Shown here piece by piece: positions 1 through 10,663 of a DNA stretch of 64,000 nucleotides. Origin of the DNA: an uncultured Clostridia bacterium (GTDB taxonomy: Bacteria; Bacillota; Clostridia; Oscillospirales; Acutalibacteraceae); contig CAMMRL010000001.1 of NCBI GenBank assembly GCA_946499275.1, positions 16,560 through 80,559 on the forward strand. The letters are read 5' to 3'. The notes beneath the pieces were generated by a model. It saw only the letters and a program-made list of their open reading frames with translations, did no database searches and was not told where the DNA came from. Positions within the stretch are counted from its first letter, which is position 1. Each line of letters opens with the position of its first letter. The position numbers and the translations under genes were made by a program.

Positions 1-2
1 AT

Positions 3-263
3 AAAGGCCGTCCGCTGGTGCGGTCGGGCAATGTGCTGTATTATGGGAACATGGCCGACAAGTGCGTGGTGATGCTGCAAATCCTTTCCACAAAAGCGGT
101 GAAGGATATGACGGTGGCGGATAAAGTGCAGGTGCAGCTTATGTCCACTGATCCGGAATTGCGCATGAAAGAACGTATCCTGAAAAAGAGCGAGAAGACC
201 GGTTTGTACAACGCCATGGATATCGGCGCGGTGTGGCTGGAGCGGGCGCTCGAAGAAAAATAA
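3..263 (+). CDS. 3' end of an unidentified protein gene (5'-partial, frame open from window edge)
   Basis: Frame is open from nt 3 to TAA 261-263. The only in-window start is GTG 18. No motif I can name. Confidence 0.35.
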   Translation, partial: KGRPLVRSGNVLYYGNMADKCVVMLQILSTKAVKDMTVADKVQVQLMSTDPELRMKERILKKSEKTGLYNAMDIGAVWLERALEEK

Positions 264-409
264 GCCGTATGCTGCAAGGGAAACGTGCGCTCCGCAGAAG
301 ACGGGGCGGGTATCTTGGTATATGGCGGCGAGTCTTGCGGGCCATGGAAATGGCCCGCGTTTTCATGTTATTAAGGAAAGCCCGGATTGGGCGGGAGGGC
401 GCTGGAACG

Positions 410-1462
410 ATGAAAGAAACCGAGATAGTGTTTACCTGTCAGGCGGATTTTGCGGATCTTTGCCTTAACGAGCTGCGCACCGTCGCTCCTGATGTGGGAC
501 TGCTGCGCTGGCTTGCTCCCGGTGTGGGGATACTTCACGCGCCGGAGAGCTTTGCCGCGCTGTCCCGCCGGCTTCGCCGGGCCAGGGAGCTGGGAGGGAA
601 AAGTCTCCTTTTCCTGCGCCATATTTTCCCGCTCGATCTTTCGTTTGAATTGGCGGAAAACGGTATAGGCAGCAATGAGGAGGCGTACGCTTATCTCCTG
701 GAATGTACGCGGGAAATGGAGCGGGAACGGCCTTTTTCGGTACAGGCGCGTTGTCTCGACCCAAAGGAGACAGGAGTGGATCTCCACGCGGTGCAGTATT
801 TTTTCGTAGACGGGCTGACAGAACGGGGCTTCCGCTGCGACGGAAGTCGGCCGGAGACCATCCTGTCCCTGGTCATCCGGAACCGGACGGTTTATCTTGG
901 ACGGTCCTCCGCAGAGGAAAATCTGAGCGACTGGCCGGGTGGCATGCGCCGCTATGCCCGGAAGGACGGTCAGATCAGCCGGGCGGAGTTCAAGCTGCTG
1001 GAGACGATCGAGGTATTTTCGCTGACACTGCCTCCGGAAGGCGAGGCGATCGACCTCGGCGCCGCGCCGGGAGGATGGACCAAGGTGCTGCTGGAAAAAG
1101 GGCTGCGGGTGACGGCGGTGGATCCGGCGGCGCTTTCCCCGCAGCTGGCGGCGGATCCCCGGGTGGTGCATTACCGGGGGCTGGCGCAGGAATTCGCGCG
1201 GGAAAACCGCCGGCCTTTTGCGCTGCTGGTCAACGATATGCGGATGGATCCCGCCGAATCGGCGGCAATCGTCTGCGATATGGCGGACTGCCTGGCGGCA
1301 GATGGACTGGTGATTATGACCTTCAAGCTGCCGGCAAACAAGCGGACCGAAGCGATCCGCAAAGGGTTTGCCGCGCTGGAAAAGCGGTTCCGTGTGCTCA
1401 ATGCCCGTCAGCTTTTTCACAACCGCTCGGAAATCACCGTGGTTTGCACAAAACAAAATTAA
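410..1462 (+). CDS. SAM-dependent RNA 2'-O-methyltransferase, RlmM/FtsJ-like
   Basis: ATG 410 is preceded by GGGAGGG at 393-399; the ORF-track start at 233 is an unsupported Arg-rich extension. FtsJ-type SAM motif DLGAAPGGWT and NDMRMDP are present in the translation. Confidence 0.8.
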   Translation: MKETEIVFTCQADFADLCLNELRTVAPDVGLLRWLAPGVGILHAPESFAALSRRLRRARELGGKSLLFLRHIFPLDLSFELAENGIGSNEEAYAYLLECTREMERERPFSVQARCLDPKETGVDLHAVQYFFVDGLTERGFRCDGSRPETILSLVIRNRTVYLGRSSAEENLSDWPGGMRRYARKDGQISRAEFKLLETIEVFSLTLPPEGEAIDLGAAPGGWTKVLLEKGLRVTAVDPAALSPQLAADPRVVHYRGLAQEFARENRRPFALLVNDMRMDPAESAAIVCDMADCLAADGLVIMTFKLPANKRTEAIRKGFAALEKRFRVLNARQLFHNRSEITVVCTKQN

Positions 1463-1548
1463 AATTTTTGGGAATACTATAAAAAGAAGAATTTTTCATT
1501 GGCTTCATATCCTTTCCCCCCTGTACATATAGTGAAGTAATAACAGAA

Positions 1549-2049
1549 GTGCGGGGGAGTGAGCGCGTGTTTGTCTTTTCTTTTAAGACGTCCAAAAAGC
1601 AGATCCTGTCCATGCTGGTCTGCGTCCTCGTCCTAATCGCCGTCCTAATCATCGCCATCGTCTGGCCCTCGGGCGGCGCGGCGGAAACACTGTCGCCGAT
1701 GGTGGGAAAGGACGACCAGCAGCGGATCGCGTTTTTGACCGATTTGGGGTATACAGTGGATTCGGAATCGCCTACCGTCCGGGAGGTCCTGATTCCCGAT
1801 GAGTTCGACGAGGTGTTCCAGCAGTACAACGAGTTGCAAAAGGACGCAGGAATGGATCTGGAACCCTATCACGGCAAACGGGTGAAGTGCTGGACGTATA
1901 AAATTCTCAATATCCCTGGCGGGGAGGAAGTCCATGCAAACATATATGTATATAAAGATAAAATTATCGGCGGGGATATTTCTTCCACGGCGCTCGACGG
2001 CTTTATGCACGGGCTGACGAAGTATTCGCCGGCGACAGATGCCGGTTGA
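1549..2049 (+). CDS. membrane-anchored DUF4830-like protein
   Basis: N-terminal hydrophobic helix LSMLVCVLVLIAVLIIAIVW is followed by a soluble domain (FLTDLGYTV...YNELQKDAGMDL). Start is GTG 1549 or, more likely, GTG 1567 with GGGGGAG 7 nt upstream. Confidence 0.7.
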   Translation: MRGSERVFVFSFKTSKKQILSMLVCVLVLIAVLIIAIVWPSGGAAETLSPMVGKDDQQRIAFLTDLGYTVDSESPTVREVLIPDEFDEVFQQYNELQKDAGMDLEPYHGKRVKCWTYKILNIPGGEEVHANIYVYKDKIIGGDISSTALDGFMHGLTKYSPATDAG

Positions 2050-2113
2050 CCCGAAGGACGTTTTATGCTATCGTAAAGCAAAGGGATACCGGCGGAAGGG
2101 AAGGTCGCGCATA

Positions 2114-2827
2114 ATGGCGGAACGTCTGGATAAAATTCTGTCGTCTCAAGGGATAGCGACCCGCCGGGAAGCGCAGCGGCTCATCCGGTCGGGGAAAGTG
2201 ACGGTGGACGGCAGAATACAGAAAGACCCGGCGTCCAAGGCGGACCCAGAACAGTGCGAAATCGCTTTGTCCGGCCGGTCCCTGCGCTATCGCCGTCATA
2301 TTTATATCATGCTTAACAAGCCGGCGGGGCTGCTCTGCGTGTCCCGCGACCCGAAAGCGAAAACGGTGATCGACCTACTGCCGCCGGATTTCTGGCGGCA
2401 GGGGCTTTTCCCCGCTGGGCGGCTGGATAAAGACACCGTAGGCCTGGTGTTGATCACCGACGACGGGGATTTCGCTCACCGGATGCTTTCGCCGAAAAAG
2501 GAGATTGTCAAACGTTATCGCGCAGTAATCAACGGCCCGGTTGGGGAAGAAGAGATCCGTCTCTTTGCCGCCGGGACAAGCTTGGAGGACGGCACGCGCT
2601 GCCGCCCGGCGGTCCTGAGGGTGCTGGAGCCGTCGGAGCGCCCGTTGGTGGAAGTGGAGATCACTGAAGGGCGGTATCACCAGATAAAGCGTATGTTCGG
2701 CTCAGTTGACCGCAAGGTGTTGTGGCTCAAACGGATGTCCATCGGGAAACTCGTTTTGGATCCCCGTTTGGAGGAGGGAGCTTGCCGGGAACTGGGGCCC
2801 GGGGAATGTTCGGCGGTGTTTGAATAG
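2114..2827 (+). CDS. rsuA: pseudouridine synthase, RsuA/RluB family
   Basis: ATG 2114 follows GGAAGGGAAGG. S4 domain RLDKILSSQGIATRREAQRLIRSGKVTVDG and catalytic motif GRLDKDTVGLVLITDDG are present. Confidence 0.9.
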   Translation: MAERLDKILSSQGIATRREAQRLIRSGKVTVDGRIQKDPASKADPEQCEIALSGRSLRYRRHIYIMLNKPAGLLCVSRDPKAKTVIDLLPPDFWRQGLFPAGRLDKDTVGLVLITDDGDFAHRMLSPKKEIVKRYRAVINGPVGEEEIRLFAAGTSLEDGTRCRPAVLRVLEPSERPLVEVEITEGRYHQIKRMFGSVDRKVLWLKRMSIGKLVLDPRLEEGACRELGPGECSAVFE

Positions 2828-2999
2828 AGCAAGGCTTTTTGTGAATTTTGACATTGGATAACATTGATAAAACGAGTTTTAAATCTTTGTTGATTAAAAG
2901 GATGGTTATACCGGTGGGAATCTGTTATATTATTAGATAAGCAAACGTCTTGGATAATACCGTATAGAATTCGTGTGCAAATTTTTGGGAGGTTTCTTT

Positions 3000-4142
3000 A
3001 TGGCAAGTTTATCACTCAAAGGCATTTACAAAAAATATCCTGGTGGCGTGACGGCGGTTTCCGATTTCAATCTGGAAATCAAGGACAAGGAATTCATTAT
3101 TCTTGTCGGCCCTTCCGGTTGCGGTAAGTCCACCACCCTGCGTATGATCGCCGGTCTGGAAGAGATCTCCGAAGGCGAACTGTACATTGGCGACAAGCTG
3201 GTTAACGATGTCGCGCCGAAAGACCGCGATATCGCGATGGTGTTCCAGAACTACGCGCTGTATCCGCACATGACTGTGTTTGAGAATATGGCCTTCGGCC
3301 TGAAGCTCCGCAAGACCCCGAAGGACCAGATCAAACGCCGCGTGGAAGAAGCGGCCCGCATCCTGGACATCGCCCACCTGCTCGACCGTAAGCCGAAGGC
3401 GTTGTCCGGCGGTCAGCGCCAGCGTGTTGCGCTGGGCCGTGCCATCGTGCGTGAGCCGAAGGTCTTCCTGCTGGACGAACCGCTGTCCAACTTGGACGCC
3501 AAGCTCCGTGCGCAGATGAGAACCGAGCTGTCCAAGCTGCATAAGAAACTGGGTACCACCTTCATTTACGTTACCCACGACCAGACCGAAGCTATGACCA
3601 TGGGCGACCGCATCGTGGTTATGAAGGACGGCCTGATCCAGCAGGTGGAGTCCCCGCAGCATCTGTACGATTTCCCGTGCAACATGTTTGTCGCCGGCTT
3701 TATCGGCAGCCCGCAGATGAACTTCATCGAGTCTAAGCTGCTTAAGAAGGGCGACGAGTTCTTCGTAGAGTTTGGTTCTGAAGACACCAAAACTTCCCGC
3801 GGGGTAAAATATCAGATCCCGCTTCCGGCTTCCAAGAATGCCAAAGGTGCGCTCGACGAGTATGTCGACAAGGAAGTTATCATGGGTATCCGCCCGGAAG
3901 ATGTGCATGACGAACCGCGTTATCTCGAAAGCTATCAGCACTGCTTGATTAAGGCGGATATCGAAGTGACGGAAATGATGGGCGCAGAAACCTATCTGTA
4001 CTTCAATACCGAAGGCTTTGCCTTCACCGCCCGTGTGGAGCCTACTTCCACCGCGCATCCGGGCGACAAGATCGACGTTGTACTCGACAATACGAAGATC
4101 CATCTCTTCGACAAAGATACTGAGCGCGCGATCTGCAACTGA
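3000..4142 (+). CDS. msmX: sugar ABC transporter ATP-binding protein (MsmX/MalK/UgpC family)
   Basis: GGGAGG at 2985-2990 precedes ATG 3000. Walker [10 protein letters not shown], signature LSGGQRQR and Walker B FLLDEPLS are present, with a MalK-type C-terminal regulatory domain. Confidence 0.92.
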   Translation: MASLSLKGIYKKYPGGVTAVSDFNLEIKDKEFIILVGPSGCGKSTTLRMIAGLEEISEGELYIGDKLVNDVAPKDRDIAMVFQNYALYPHMTVFENMAFGLKLRKTPKDQIKRRVEEAARILDIAHLLDRKPKALSGGQRQRVALGRAIVREPKVFLLDEPLSNLDAKLRAQMRTELSKLHKKLGTTFIYVTHDQTEAMTMGDRIVVMKDGLIQQVESPQHLYDFPCNMFVAGFIGSPQMNFIESKLLKKGDEFFVEFGSEDTKTSRGVKYQIPLPASKNAKGALDEYVDKEVIMGIRPEDVHDEPRYLESYQHCLIKADIEVTEMMGAETYLYFNTEGFAFTARVEPTSTAHPGDKIDVVLDNTKIHLFDKDTERAICN

Positions 4143-4157
4143 TTTTGTAGGAAGAAG

Positions 4158-4188
4158 CCGTGCCGGGCTTGTGCCCGGCACGGTTTTT
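4158..4188 (+). terminator. rho-independent terminator after msmX
   Basis: Stem ccgtgccgggc / gcccggcacgg with loop ttgt, followed by TTTTT. Confidence 0.8.
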
Positions 4189-4362
4189 GCCATTGCGGTG
4201 CACTGTTACACGGTAATAAGCGGTGTGACGGAAAAGGCTGGGATGGAGGAAACAAACGGCTTGATACTGCCGGTTATCTGCTCATAGAGTGCCTATATTG
4301 TGTCTAATTTGTAAAATGATCGAAAAACATACTTCTTTTTGTACTTTTTCCTGAGTTTCTTC

Positions 4363-4391
4363 TTGCAAAAAACTCCGCAATTGTGTACAAT
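4363..4391 (+). promoter_or_regulatory. putative SigA-type promoter for the PucR-family gene
   Basis: TTGCAA (4363-4368), 17-nt spacer, TACAAT (4386-4391). About 160-nt leader to ATG 4557. Confidence 0.5.
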
Positions 4392-4556
4392 AAGAGTGTT
4401 AGCATAATGCGGTAACGTGTATCGGGTTTAAATCTTGAACCGTACCGCTTGTATACGTATCCGTTTTTTGAACTATATATAGCCCCCCTTTGCAAACACA
4501 AAGGGACAAGCTTTCTGGTTCCGGTACGAAAGAATACAGAGAAGAGGGGATATTCC

Positions 4557-5642
4557 ATGTCCAACAGACTTTTCCAGGGCGTTGTCCACCAGATGAAGGA
4601 CGCGATTGACCGCACGATCGGCGTGGTGGATGAAACTTCCGCCATCATTGCATGCAGCGACCTCGGCCGGATCGGGGAGCCCTGCGAAGCGGTTACCGCC
4701 GATTCCTTTTTGGCGACGGAATCTTTTGTACGGGACGGCTATACGTATAAGCCGTTTGGTTCCCGTCCGCGCAGCGAGTATATTCTGTTTGTGGAGGGGA
4801 CGGACGACCAGGCAACAAAATTCGCTGCTCTGCTGGCTGTTTCCCTCGCCAGCATCAAACAATATTATGACGAAAAATACGACCGCGGAAATTTTGTCAA
4901 GAACGTGATTCTGGACAATATTCTGCCAGGCGATATTTATCTGAAGGCCCGCGAACTCCGCTTTAACAACGACGTTAACCGCGTCGTTTTGTTGATCCGC
5001 ATCGCGGCGCGCACCGATATTTCGGCGTATGATATTGTGCAGAACCTATTCCCTGATAAGAATAAGGATTTTGTTATCAATATCAACGAAACCGATATCG
5101 CGCTGGTAAAGGAAATCCGCGCGGGTATTGATTCACAGGATCTGGAGAAGCTGGCCCGTTCCATTGTGGATACGCTCAGTGGCGAGTTCTACACCCAGGC
5201 AACGGTCGGCATCGGTACCGTAGTGGAAGGGATCAAGGATCTGGCCCGCTCCTTTAAAGAAGCGCAGGTGGCGCTGGAAGTCGGCAAGGTATTCGATACC
5301 GAGAAGACCATCGTCAGCTATGATAACCTCGGTATCGCCCGCTTGATTTATCAGTTGCCGACCACGTTGTGCGAGATGTTCCTGCGTGAAGTATTTAAGA
5401 AAGGCTCAATCGATTCGCTCGATCAGGAGACCCTGTTCACCATTCAGCGTTTCTTTGAGAACAATCTGAACGTATCGGAAACTTCCCGTAAGCTGTTTGT
5501 CCACCGGAACACGCTGGTTTACCGCTTGGAGAAAATCAAACGCCTGACCGGACTGGACCTGCGAGAGTTTGATGATGCGATCGTGTTCAAAGTGGCTTTG
5601 ATGGTGAAAAAATATCTGATGGCGAATCCAGTAAAATATTAA
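4557..5642 (+). CDS. PucR/CdaR-family transcriptional regulator
   Basis: ATG 4557 follows AGAGGGGA. C-terminal PucR-type HTH SETSRKLFVHRNTLVYRLEKIKRLTGLDLREFDD. Confidence 0.85.
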   Translation: MSNRLFQGVVHQMKDAIDRTIGVVDETSAIIACSDLGRIGEPCEAVTADSFLATESFVRDGYTYKPFGSRPRSEYILFVEGTDDQATKFAALLAVSLASIKQYYDEKYDRGNFVKNVILDNILPGDIYLKARELRFNNDVNRVVLLIRIAARTDISAYDIVQNLFPDKNKDFVININETDIALVKEIRAGIDSQDLEKLARSIVDTLSGEFYTQATVGIGTVVEGIKDLARSFKEAQVALEVGKVFDTEKTIVSYDNLGIARLIYQLPTTLCEMFLREVFKKGSIDSLDQETLFTIQRFFENNLNVSETSRKLFVHRNTLVYRLEKIKRLTGLDLREFDDAIVFKVALMVKKYLMANPVKY

Positions 5643-5708
5643 TGTGCGGCGGCTGATTCACGGGGAAGGTTGGCTGCGCTTGTTTCTGCGTATTCTTGAT
5701 ACAAACAG

Positions 5709-5748
5709 TCTGCGCCAGCCGGGAGTATCCTGGCTGGCGCAGATTTTC
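5709..5748 (+). terminator. rho-independent terminator
   Basis: 12-bp stem tctgcgccagcc / ggctggcgcaga followed by TTTT. Confidence 0.75.
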
Positions 5749-5916
5749 TGTTGGTAAAATTTGGAGACATCCGGCTGGCTTGCATGACTGGAAATGTAGG
5801 GGAACCAGGCCGGACGTGGCATCGCGTGGGTTTCGAGCTTTTGGGGCAATCGTTACGCTGTTTCGCTGATTTCTTAATTTTTCCCTATGGAAAGGGTTGG
5901 CTCTTGCTTTTTGTTG

Positions 5917-5946
5917 TTGTCGAATGGTAGGATAAAAAGGTATAAT
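5917..5946 (+). promoter_or_regulatory. putative SigA-type promoter upstream of ftsE
   Basis: TTGTCG, 18-nt spacer, TATAAT (5941-5946). About 225-nt leader. Confidence 0.45.
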
Positions 5947-6175
5947 AGCACCTAGTCTTTATGTGTATAATTGGCGGGATATTTCCTGGAAAATGCCGGT
6001 TCAAAGAGGACATATTCACTCCGTTTGGGATTTGTAAGCAGCTTTATGAGGAAATCGCCTTTGAACCGGGTTTGGGTGGGATTGCTGGTGCGTCTGGTCA
6101 GGACGTTGTAGAATAAAAGACGCTGGTATTTTGGCGGCGGGACTCAGATAAAGAGGAAGCACAGGGGGTGGTCCT

Positions 6176-6973
6176 TTGATCGAATTCAAAGGTGTACACA
6201 AAACGTATGACAGTGGGATTAAAGCCCTGAAGGATGTGAATATCCACATCGACAAAGGGGAATTTGTATTTATCGTCGGGGCGTCCGGCGCCGGGAAAAG
6301 CACATTTCTCAAGCTGATGATGCGGGAGGAAGTGCCCAGCGCGGGCGAAGTGATTATCAACGATTTTAAGCTTTCCAAACTTAAGCGCCGGCAGATACCG
6401 TATCTCCGCCGGACTATGGGGATTGTTTTCCAGGATTTCCGTTTGATTAATCATATGACGGTCTATGACAACGTCGCCTTCGCCATGCGGGTGACCGGTG
6501 CGTCCAACCGGGATGTGCGGAAAAGGGTGCCGTATATTTTGGGCTTGGTGGGGCTGCAAAATAAAGCGCGGAGCTATCCGAAGGAACTGTCGGGTGGTGA
6601 ACAGCAGCGGGTCGGCCTGGCCCGCGCGTTGGTGAACAACCCGTCCATGATCATAGCGGATGAGCCGACAGGCAACATCGACCCGGAACTCTCCTATGAA
6701 ATTGTGGAGTTGCTGACCGAGATCAACCGCCGTGGGACCACCATCGTAATGGTAACCCACGAGCACGACCTGGTCCGGATGTTCCATCGCCGGGTGATTG
6801 AGATTTCCGACGGCTGTGTGGTTTCGGACACGGGGGTGATCCCCACGCAAGGCGATGGGGACGGCAACGGGGAAAACGGGACGAAAACAAGCAATATGAC
6901 GGTGGATGATGTGCTGAGCGACGTAGGACTGTCGCATAGCAGCCGGAAAGGAGGCCGCTATGAGATTCAGTAG
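6176..6973 (+). CDS. ftsE: cell division ATP-binding protein FtsE
   Basis: TTG 6176 follows GGGGGTG. Walker [18 protein letters not shown] and IIADEPTGN are present. An acidic/Gly-rich tail of about 40 aa overlaps ftsX by 14 nt. Confidence 0.9.
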   Translation: MIEFKGVHKTYDSGIKALKDVNIHIDKGEFVFIVGASGAGKSTFLKLMMREEVPSAGEVIINDFKLSKLKRRQIPYLRRTMGIVFQDFRLINHMTVYDNVAFAMRVTGASNRDVRKRVPYILGLVGLQNKARSYPKELSGGEQQRVGLARALVNNPSMIIADEPTGNIDPELSYEIVELLTEINRRGTTIVMVTHEHDLVRMFHRRVIEISDGCVVSDTGVIPTQGDGDGNGENGTKTSNMTVDDVLSDVGLSHSSRKGGRYEIQ

Positions 6974-7868
6974 CCTGCGGTATTTAATCAAGGAAGGGTT
7001 CCGTAATATATGGCAGAACCGGTTTATGGCGGTCGCTTCCATCGGCGTGCTGGTATCCTGCCTTCTGTTGACCGGCGGCGCTTACCTGGTTTTTGTCAAC
7101 ATTGATCATGCCTTCGATTGGGTGTACGGCCAGAACGTGGTGGTCGCTTTCGCCAAGGATACCCTGGACGGCGACCAGTCGGCGGCGCTGCAGGCCAAAC
7201 TCCAGGGATTGCCGAATGTGGCGGAAGTGGAGTTTGTTTCCAAAGAGGAGACGCTGGAAAAATATAAGGATTCCATCCCGGAGGCGACGTACGAGGATAT
7301 GCAGGGAGAAAACAACCCTATGCCTGATTCCTTTGTAGTTACCTTTGACGATCTGGCCCAGTTTAACGACACCCTGGCGCAGATTCAGCAGATTCCCGAA
7401 ATTGAGGATGTGTCCTATAACGCAGATATTGCTTCGATGCTGACGAATGTGCGGCATATTATCCTGGTGGTCGGCGGCTGGATTATTGTGATGCTGCTTT
7501 TGGTATCCCTGTTTATTATCGCCAACACCATCAAACTGACGGTGTACAACCGCCGGCTGGAGATATCGATTATGAAATCGGTGGGCGCCACCAACGCTTT
7601 TGTCCGTATTCCCTTTGTGATCGAAGGGATGGTGCTGGGCCTAGTTGCCGGCGGCATGGCATACGGTATTCTTTACTTCATTTATACCAAGCTGTCCGGG
7701 CTGTTCCACTTCGGCACGATGATGCAGGGGCTGGTGAATTTTTCGGAGGTTTGGTGGATCGTTCTGGTCGGTTTCCTGGCGATCGGCACCCTCACCGGCG
7801 TAACCGGCAGTGCGATTTCGATGCGAAAGTACTTGAAGGAAGAAGGGGGAACCGCAGGTGTGCTTTAA
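6960..7868 (+). CDS. ftsX: cell division permease FtsX
   Basis: N-terminus YLIKEGFRNIWQNRFMAVASI, one TM, a periplasmic/extracellular loop, then three C-terminal TMs (FtsX fold). Directly follows ftsE. Confidence 0.9.
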   Translation: MRFSSLRYLIKEGFRNIWQNRFMAVASIGVLVSCLLLTGGAYLVFVNIDHAFDWVYGQNVVVAFAKDTLDGDQSAALQAKLQGLPNVAEVEFVSKEETLEKYKDSIPEATYEDMQGENNPMPDSFVVTFDDLAQFNDTLAQIQQIPEIEDVSYNADIASMLTNVRHIILVVGGWIIVMLLLVSLFIIANTIKLTVYNRRLEISIMKSVGATNAFVRIPFVIEGMVLGLVAGGMAYGILYFIYTKLSGLFHFGTMMQGLVNFSEVWWIVLVGFLAIGTLTGVTGSAISMRKYLKEEGGTAGVL

Positions 7869-9108
7869 AATGTCACGGGGGATTTGTTTAGCGGCCGTAC
7901 TCAGCGCGGTATTGCTGTTGTTCATGGCGCCTTCCGGTTTTTCCGTTATCCCGGTACGGGCGGCGGATTCTCTGGACAGCCTGGAAGACCAGAGGGACGA
8001 ACTGAATGAAAAAATACAGCAATTAGAAAAAGATATTGCCAGCCAGAAAGCCGATCTCCAAGAACAGAAGCAATATGTGGACGACCTGAAGGCGCAGATA
8101 CGCAATACGGTAAAGATTATCGACCTATATGATAGCCAGGTCCGGGAGCTGAGCGCAAATGTCGAACAGCTCAACCAGTCGATCGAGGAGAAAGAAGCGC
8201 AGATTGCGGAGAAGGAGGAAGACATTTCCGTTCGGTATGAAGAACTTCGGCAGCGGCTACGCGCTATTTCCAAGACCGGGAACCTCTCTATGCTGCAGAT
8301 GTTGATGGACACGGACAGCTATGCCGATTATCTGATTAAATCCAAAATGATGGAAACGGTTGCGGAAAATGACCAGCAGCTCATGGATGAGATGGAAGCC
8401 GCCATCCAGGAAATCGACGCAGAAAAGGCGGAGCTGGATAAAGAGAAAGCGTCGGCATCCCAACAGCTGAAAGAAGCGGAAGAGCTCAAAAAACAGGCGG
8501 ACAGCAAGAAATTGGAGCTGGACGTTCTTTATGGTAAGGCGAATAAGATATCGTCGGATATCCAGGGCAAAATTGCGGATAGCGAAGACGATTTGAAAAA
8601 GGCGGAACAGGACGAGGAAGCTCTCGAGCGACAGATTCAGGAGATTATTAACTCCAGTAGCCACTCCGACGAGAAATACGAAGGCGGTACGATGGCTTGG
8701 CCCGTCCCGGCCGTGAGGAATATTTCTTCCGGTTACGGAATCCGGTGGGAAAAACTGCATAAGGGGATCGATATTTCCAACGGTTCGGTTCCGGTTTACG
8801 GCCAGAATATCGTTGCGGCGGACGACGGCGTGGTGATATACGCCAACGCGACCAACTGGTGGGGGGGCGGTTACGGCTATCACGTGATTGTGGACCATGG
8901 CGCGGATGCCAACGGCAACCGGATTTCGACCCTGTATGCGCATTGTTCCTATGTCGGCGTGTCGGTCGGGCAGCAGGTAAAACGCGGCGAGACGGTGATC
9001 GGCCGGGCCGGCGAATCCGGCAATGTGACGGGGCCGCATCTTCACTTCGAAGTGCGTGTGAACGGCATCGCAGTGGATCCGGTGAAAAACGGGTATATCG
9101 CGCCTTGA
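7858..9108 (+). CDS. coiled-coil M23 family peptidoglycan metalloendopeptidase (EnvC-like)
   Basis: GTG 7858 lies 7 nt after AAGGGGGA. Signal/anchor segment, long heptad-rich region, and C-terminal M23 motifs HKGIDI and GPHLHFEV. Confidence 0.9.
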   Translation: MCFKMSRGICLAAVLSAVLLLFMAPSGFSVIPVRAADSLDSLEDQRDELNEKIQQLEKDIASQKADLQEQKQYVDDLKAQIRNTVKIIDLYDSQVRELSANVEQLNQSIEEKEAQIAEKEEDISVRYEELRQRLRAISKTGNLSMLQMLMDTDSYADYLIKSKMMETVAENDQQLMDEMEAAIQEIDAEKAELDKEKASASQQLKEAEELKKQADSKKLELDVLYGKANKISSDIQGKIADSEDDLKKAEQDEEALERQIQEIINSSSHSDEKYEGGTMAWPVPAVRNISSGYGIRWEKLHKGIDISNGSVPVYGQNIVAADDGVVIYANATNWWGGGYGYHVIVDHGADANGNRISTLYAHCSYVGVSVGQQVKRGETVIGRAGESGNVTGPHLHFEVRVNGIAVDPVKNGYIAP

Positions 9109-9262
9109 GTAGAACCAGCTTGGAAGAAGGCGCTTTTGGGAGGATGCGACGATGGAAAATCTTGCCGCATCCTCTGCGCTTTGGTATAATAGATCCGTCT
9201 TGCACAGCGAGGGTACAGAATCATGGGGCTGGCGGCATACAGCCCGGGAATGAGGTTTGCTC

Positions 9263-10510
9263 GTGAATAAAAAGATTTCGCTCGGCGCGGCCATCGCGCT
9301 GATTATCGTTTTTATGGCGCTGACCGTTTCGGTTACCATGGTGGTGGCGATGCGGCAGTTCAATACCAAGTTGGGTAGCGTAAACCAGAGACAAGCGATG
9401 TTTGACTATATAACGGAGGTGGACAAGGTTATCCGCCAGCATTACGTGGGCGATATCAGCGAGGAAGAACTGCGCACGGCGCTGGCTAAGGGGTATCTCA
9501 ACGGCATCGGCGATCCGTATGCCGAATACCTGACCGCATCGGAATATAAAAAGGAAAGTGCGCGACTTGCCGGCAGCTTGACCGGCCTGGGGCTGGAGAT
9601 CGCCGAACAGGAGAGTGGCGTGGTTATTACGGCGGTGCATAAAAACTCCGCCGCCGACAAGGCCGGCGTGCAGAAAGGGGACGTAATCACCGCCCTGGAC
9701 AGCGCGGCGACCAATTATGCGGCGGTCAGCCAGCGGCTGGAATCCGGTGGGAAAGCGGTCATTACGGTTACACGCGGCGAAGAATCCACCGCGTTTGAGC
9801 TTTCTCCCAGTACCTATACCGCCACGACGGTGGAGAGCTGGATGATCGGGACGACCGGTTACGTGCGTATCAACGCCTTTTACAGCAATACGCCCAAGCA
9901 GTTCAGCGACGCCATGAAGGCGTTGGCGGATGAGGGGGCGCAAAGCTATGTGTTTGATCTCCGGTATAACGTAGGCGGTGTGCTGGATGCCGCCCAGGAG
10001 GTCATTTCCATGCTGCTTCCCCGCGGGACCTACGCCCAGCGTATTGAATCGAATGGAACAAAAACGGATTTGGTTTCCGAAGGGACCTACGACCTGTCCA
10101 AGCCATCCGTAACCCTAGTCAACGGCGAGACGGAAGGGGTGGCGGAGTTGTTTGCCGGCGTTTTGCAGGAGATGGAAAAGACCAACGTCGTTGGGATCCA
10201 GACCAAAGGGCGTGGGAAAATCCAGGAGTTTTATAACGTATCTTCCGACGGATCGGCCATCAAGGTGTCGGTGGCGAGCCTTTCTTTGCTGGAAGGCGGT
10301 TTGATCGAGGGGAAGGGGATTACGCCGGATCAGGCAGTGGCCCTTTCGAAAGAAGAAGAAGGGCGTTTCGCCTTCCTGACGGAACAGGACGACCCACAGC
10401 TCAAAGCGGCGCTGTCTATCCTGCAAAGCGGTACGCCAGCAACGCCGGGTACGACGACAGCTCCGGAAGGGACGACCACTACAGTTGCTATGGCGACTAC
10501 GGCAGCATAA
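9263..10510 (+). CDS. S41 family C-terminal processing peptidase
   Basis: GTG 9263 lies 7 nt after GAGG. N-terminal TM, a PDZ-like segment (GLGLEI...AADKAGVQKGDVI), DLRYNVGG, and a Thr/Pro-rich tail. Confidence 0.9.
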   Translation: MNKKISLGAAIALIIVFMALTVSVTMVVAMRQFNTKLGSVNQRQAMFDYITEVDKVIRQHYVGDISEEELRTALAKGYLNGIGDPYAEYLTASEYKKESARLAGSLTGLGLEIAEQESGVVITAVHKNSAADKAGVQKGDVITALDSAATNYAAVSQRLESGGKAVITVTRGEESTAFELSPSTYTATTVESWMIGTTGYVRINAFYSNTPKQFSDAMKALADEGAQSYVFDLRYNVGGVLDAAQEVISMLLPRGTYAQRIESNGTKTDLVSEGTYDLSKPSVTLVNGETEGVAELFAGVLQEMEKTNVVGIQTKGRGKIQEFYNVSSDGSAIKVSVASLSLLEGGLIEGKGITPDQAVALSKEEEGRFAFLTEQDDPQLKAALSILQSGTPATPGTTTAPEGTTTTVAMATTAA

Positions 10511-10552
10511 AAGAAGATCGGCGATTTCATCGGGATTTTATAACGAAGGCAA

Positions 10553-10594
10553 GTAAAACGGCGTTGCAACCGAAAGGTTGCAACGCCGTTTTAC
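10553..10594. terminator. bidirectional rho-independent terminator between convergent genes
   Basis: 19-bp perfect stem gtaaaacggcgttgcaacc / ggttgcaacgccgttttac with loop gaaa. A/T runs are present on both sides. Confidence 0.85.
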
Positions 10595-10663
10595 GGTTAA
10601 GCAGTTTGTGCCTTTTCCCGGCGCCCTTTTCGACCGTCCTTCATCATGGCACCCAAGTTCCCG

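Noticed and set aside
233-409. N-terminal extensions suggested by the ORF track: RlmM-like from 233, rsuA from 2039, thyX from 12801, macro from 12401, apgM to 20462, malQ to 37380, nfnA from 53795, and others
   Set aside because: The extensions are Arg-rich or odd in composition and lack SD sequences. Internal starts have good SDs and give N-termini typical of the families.
3012-4193. 393-aa minus-strand ORF antisense to the ABC ATPase gene, with similar antisense ORFs at 371-1456, 6098-7042, 8257-9369, 15630-16662 and 42786-43898
   Set aside because: All are shadows of strongly motif-supported genes on the opposite strand. None has an SD or recognisable motifs.
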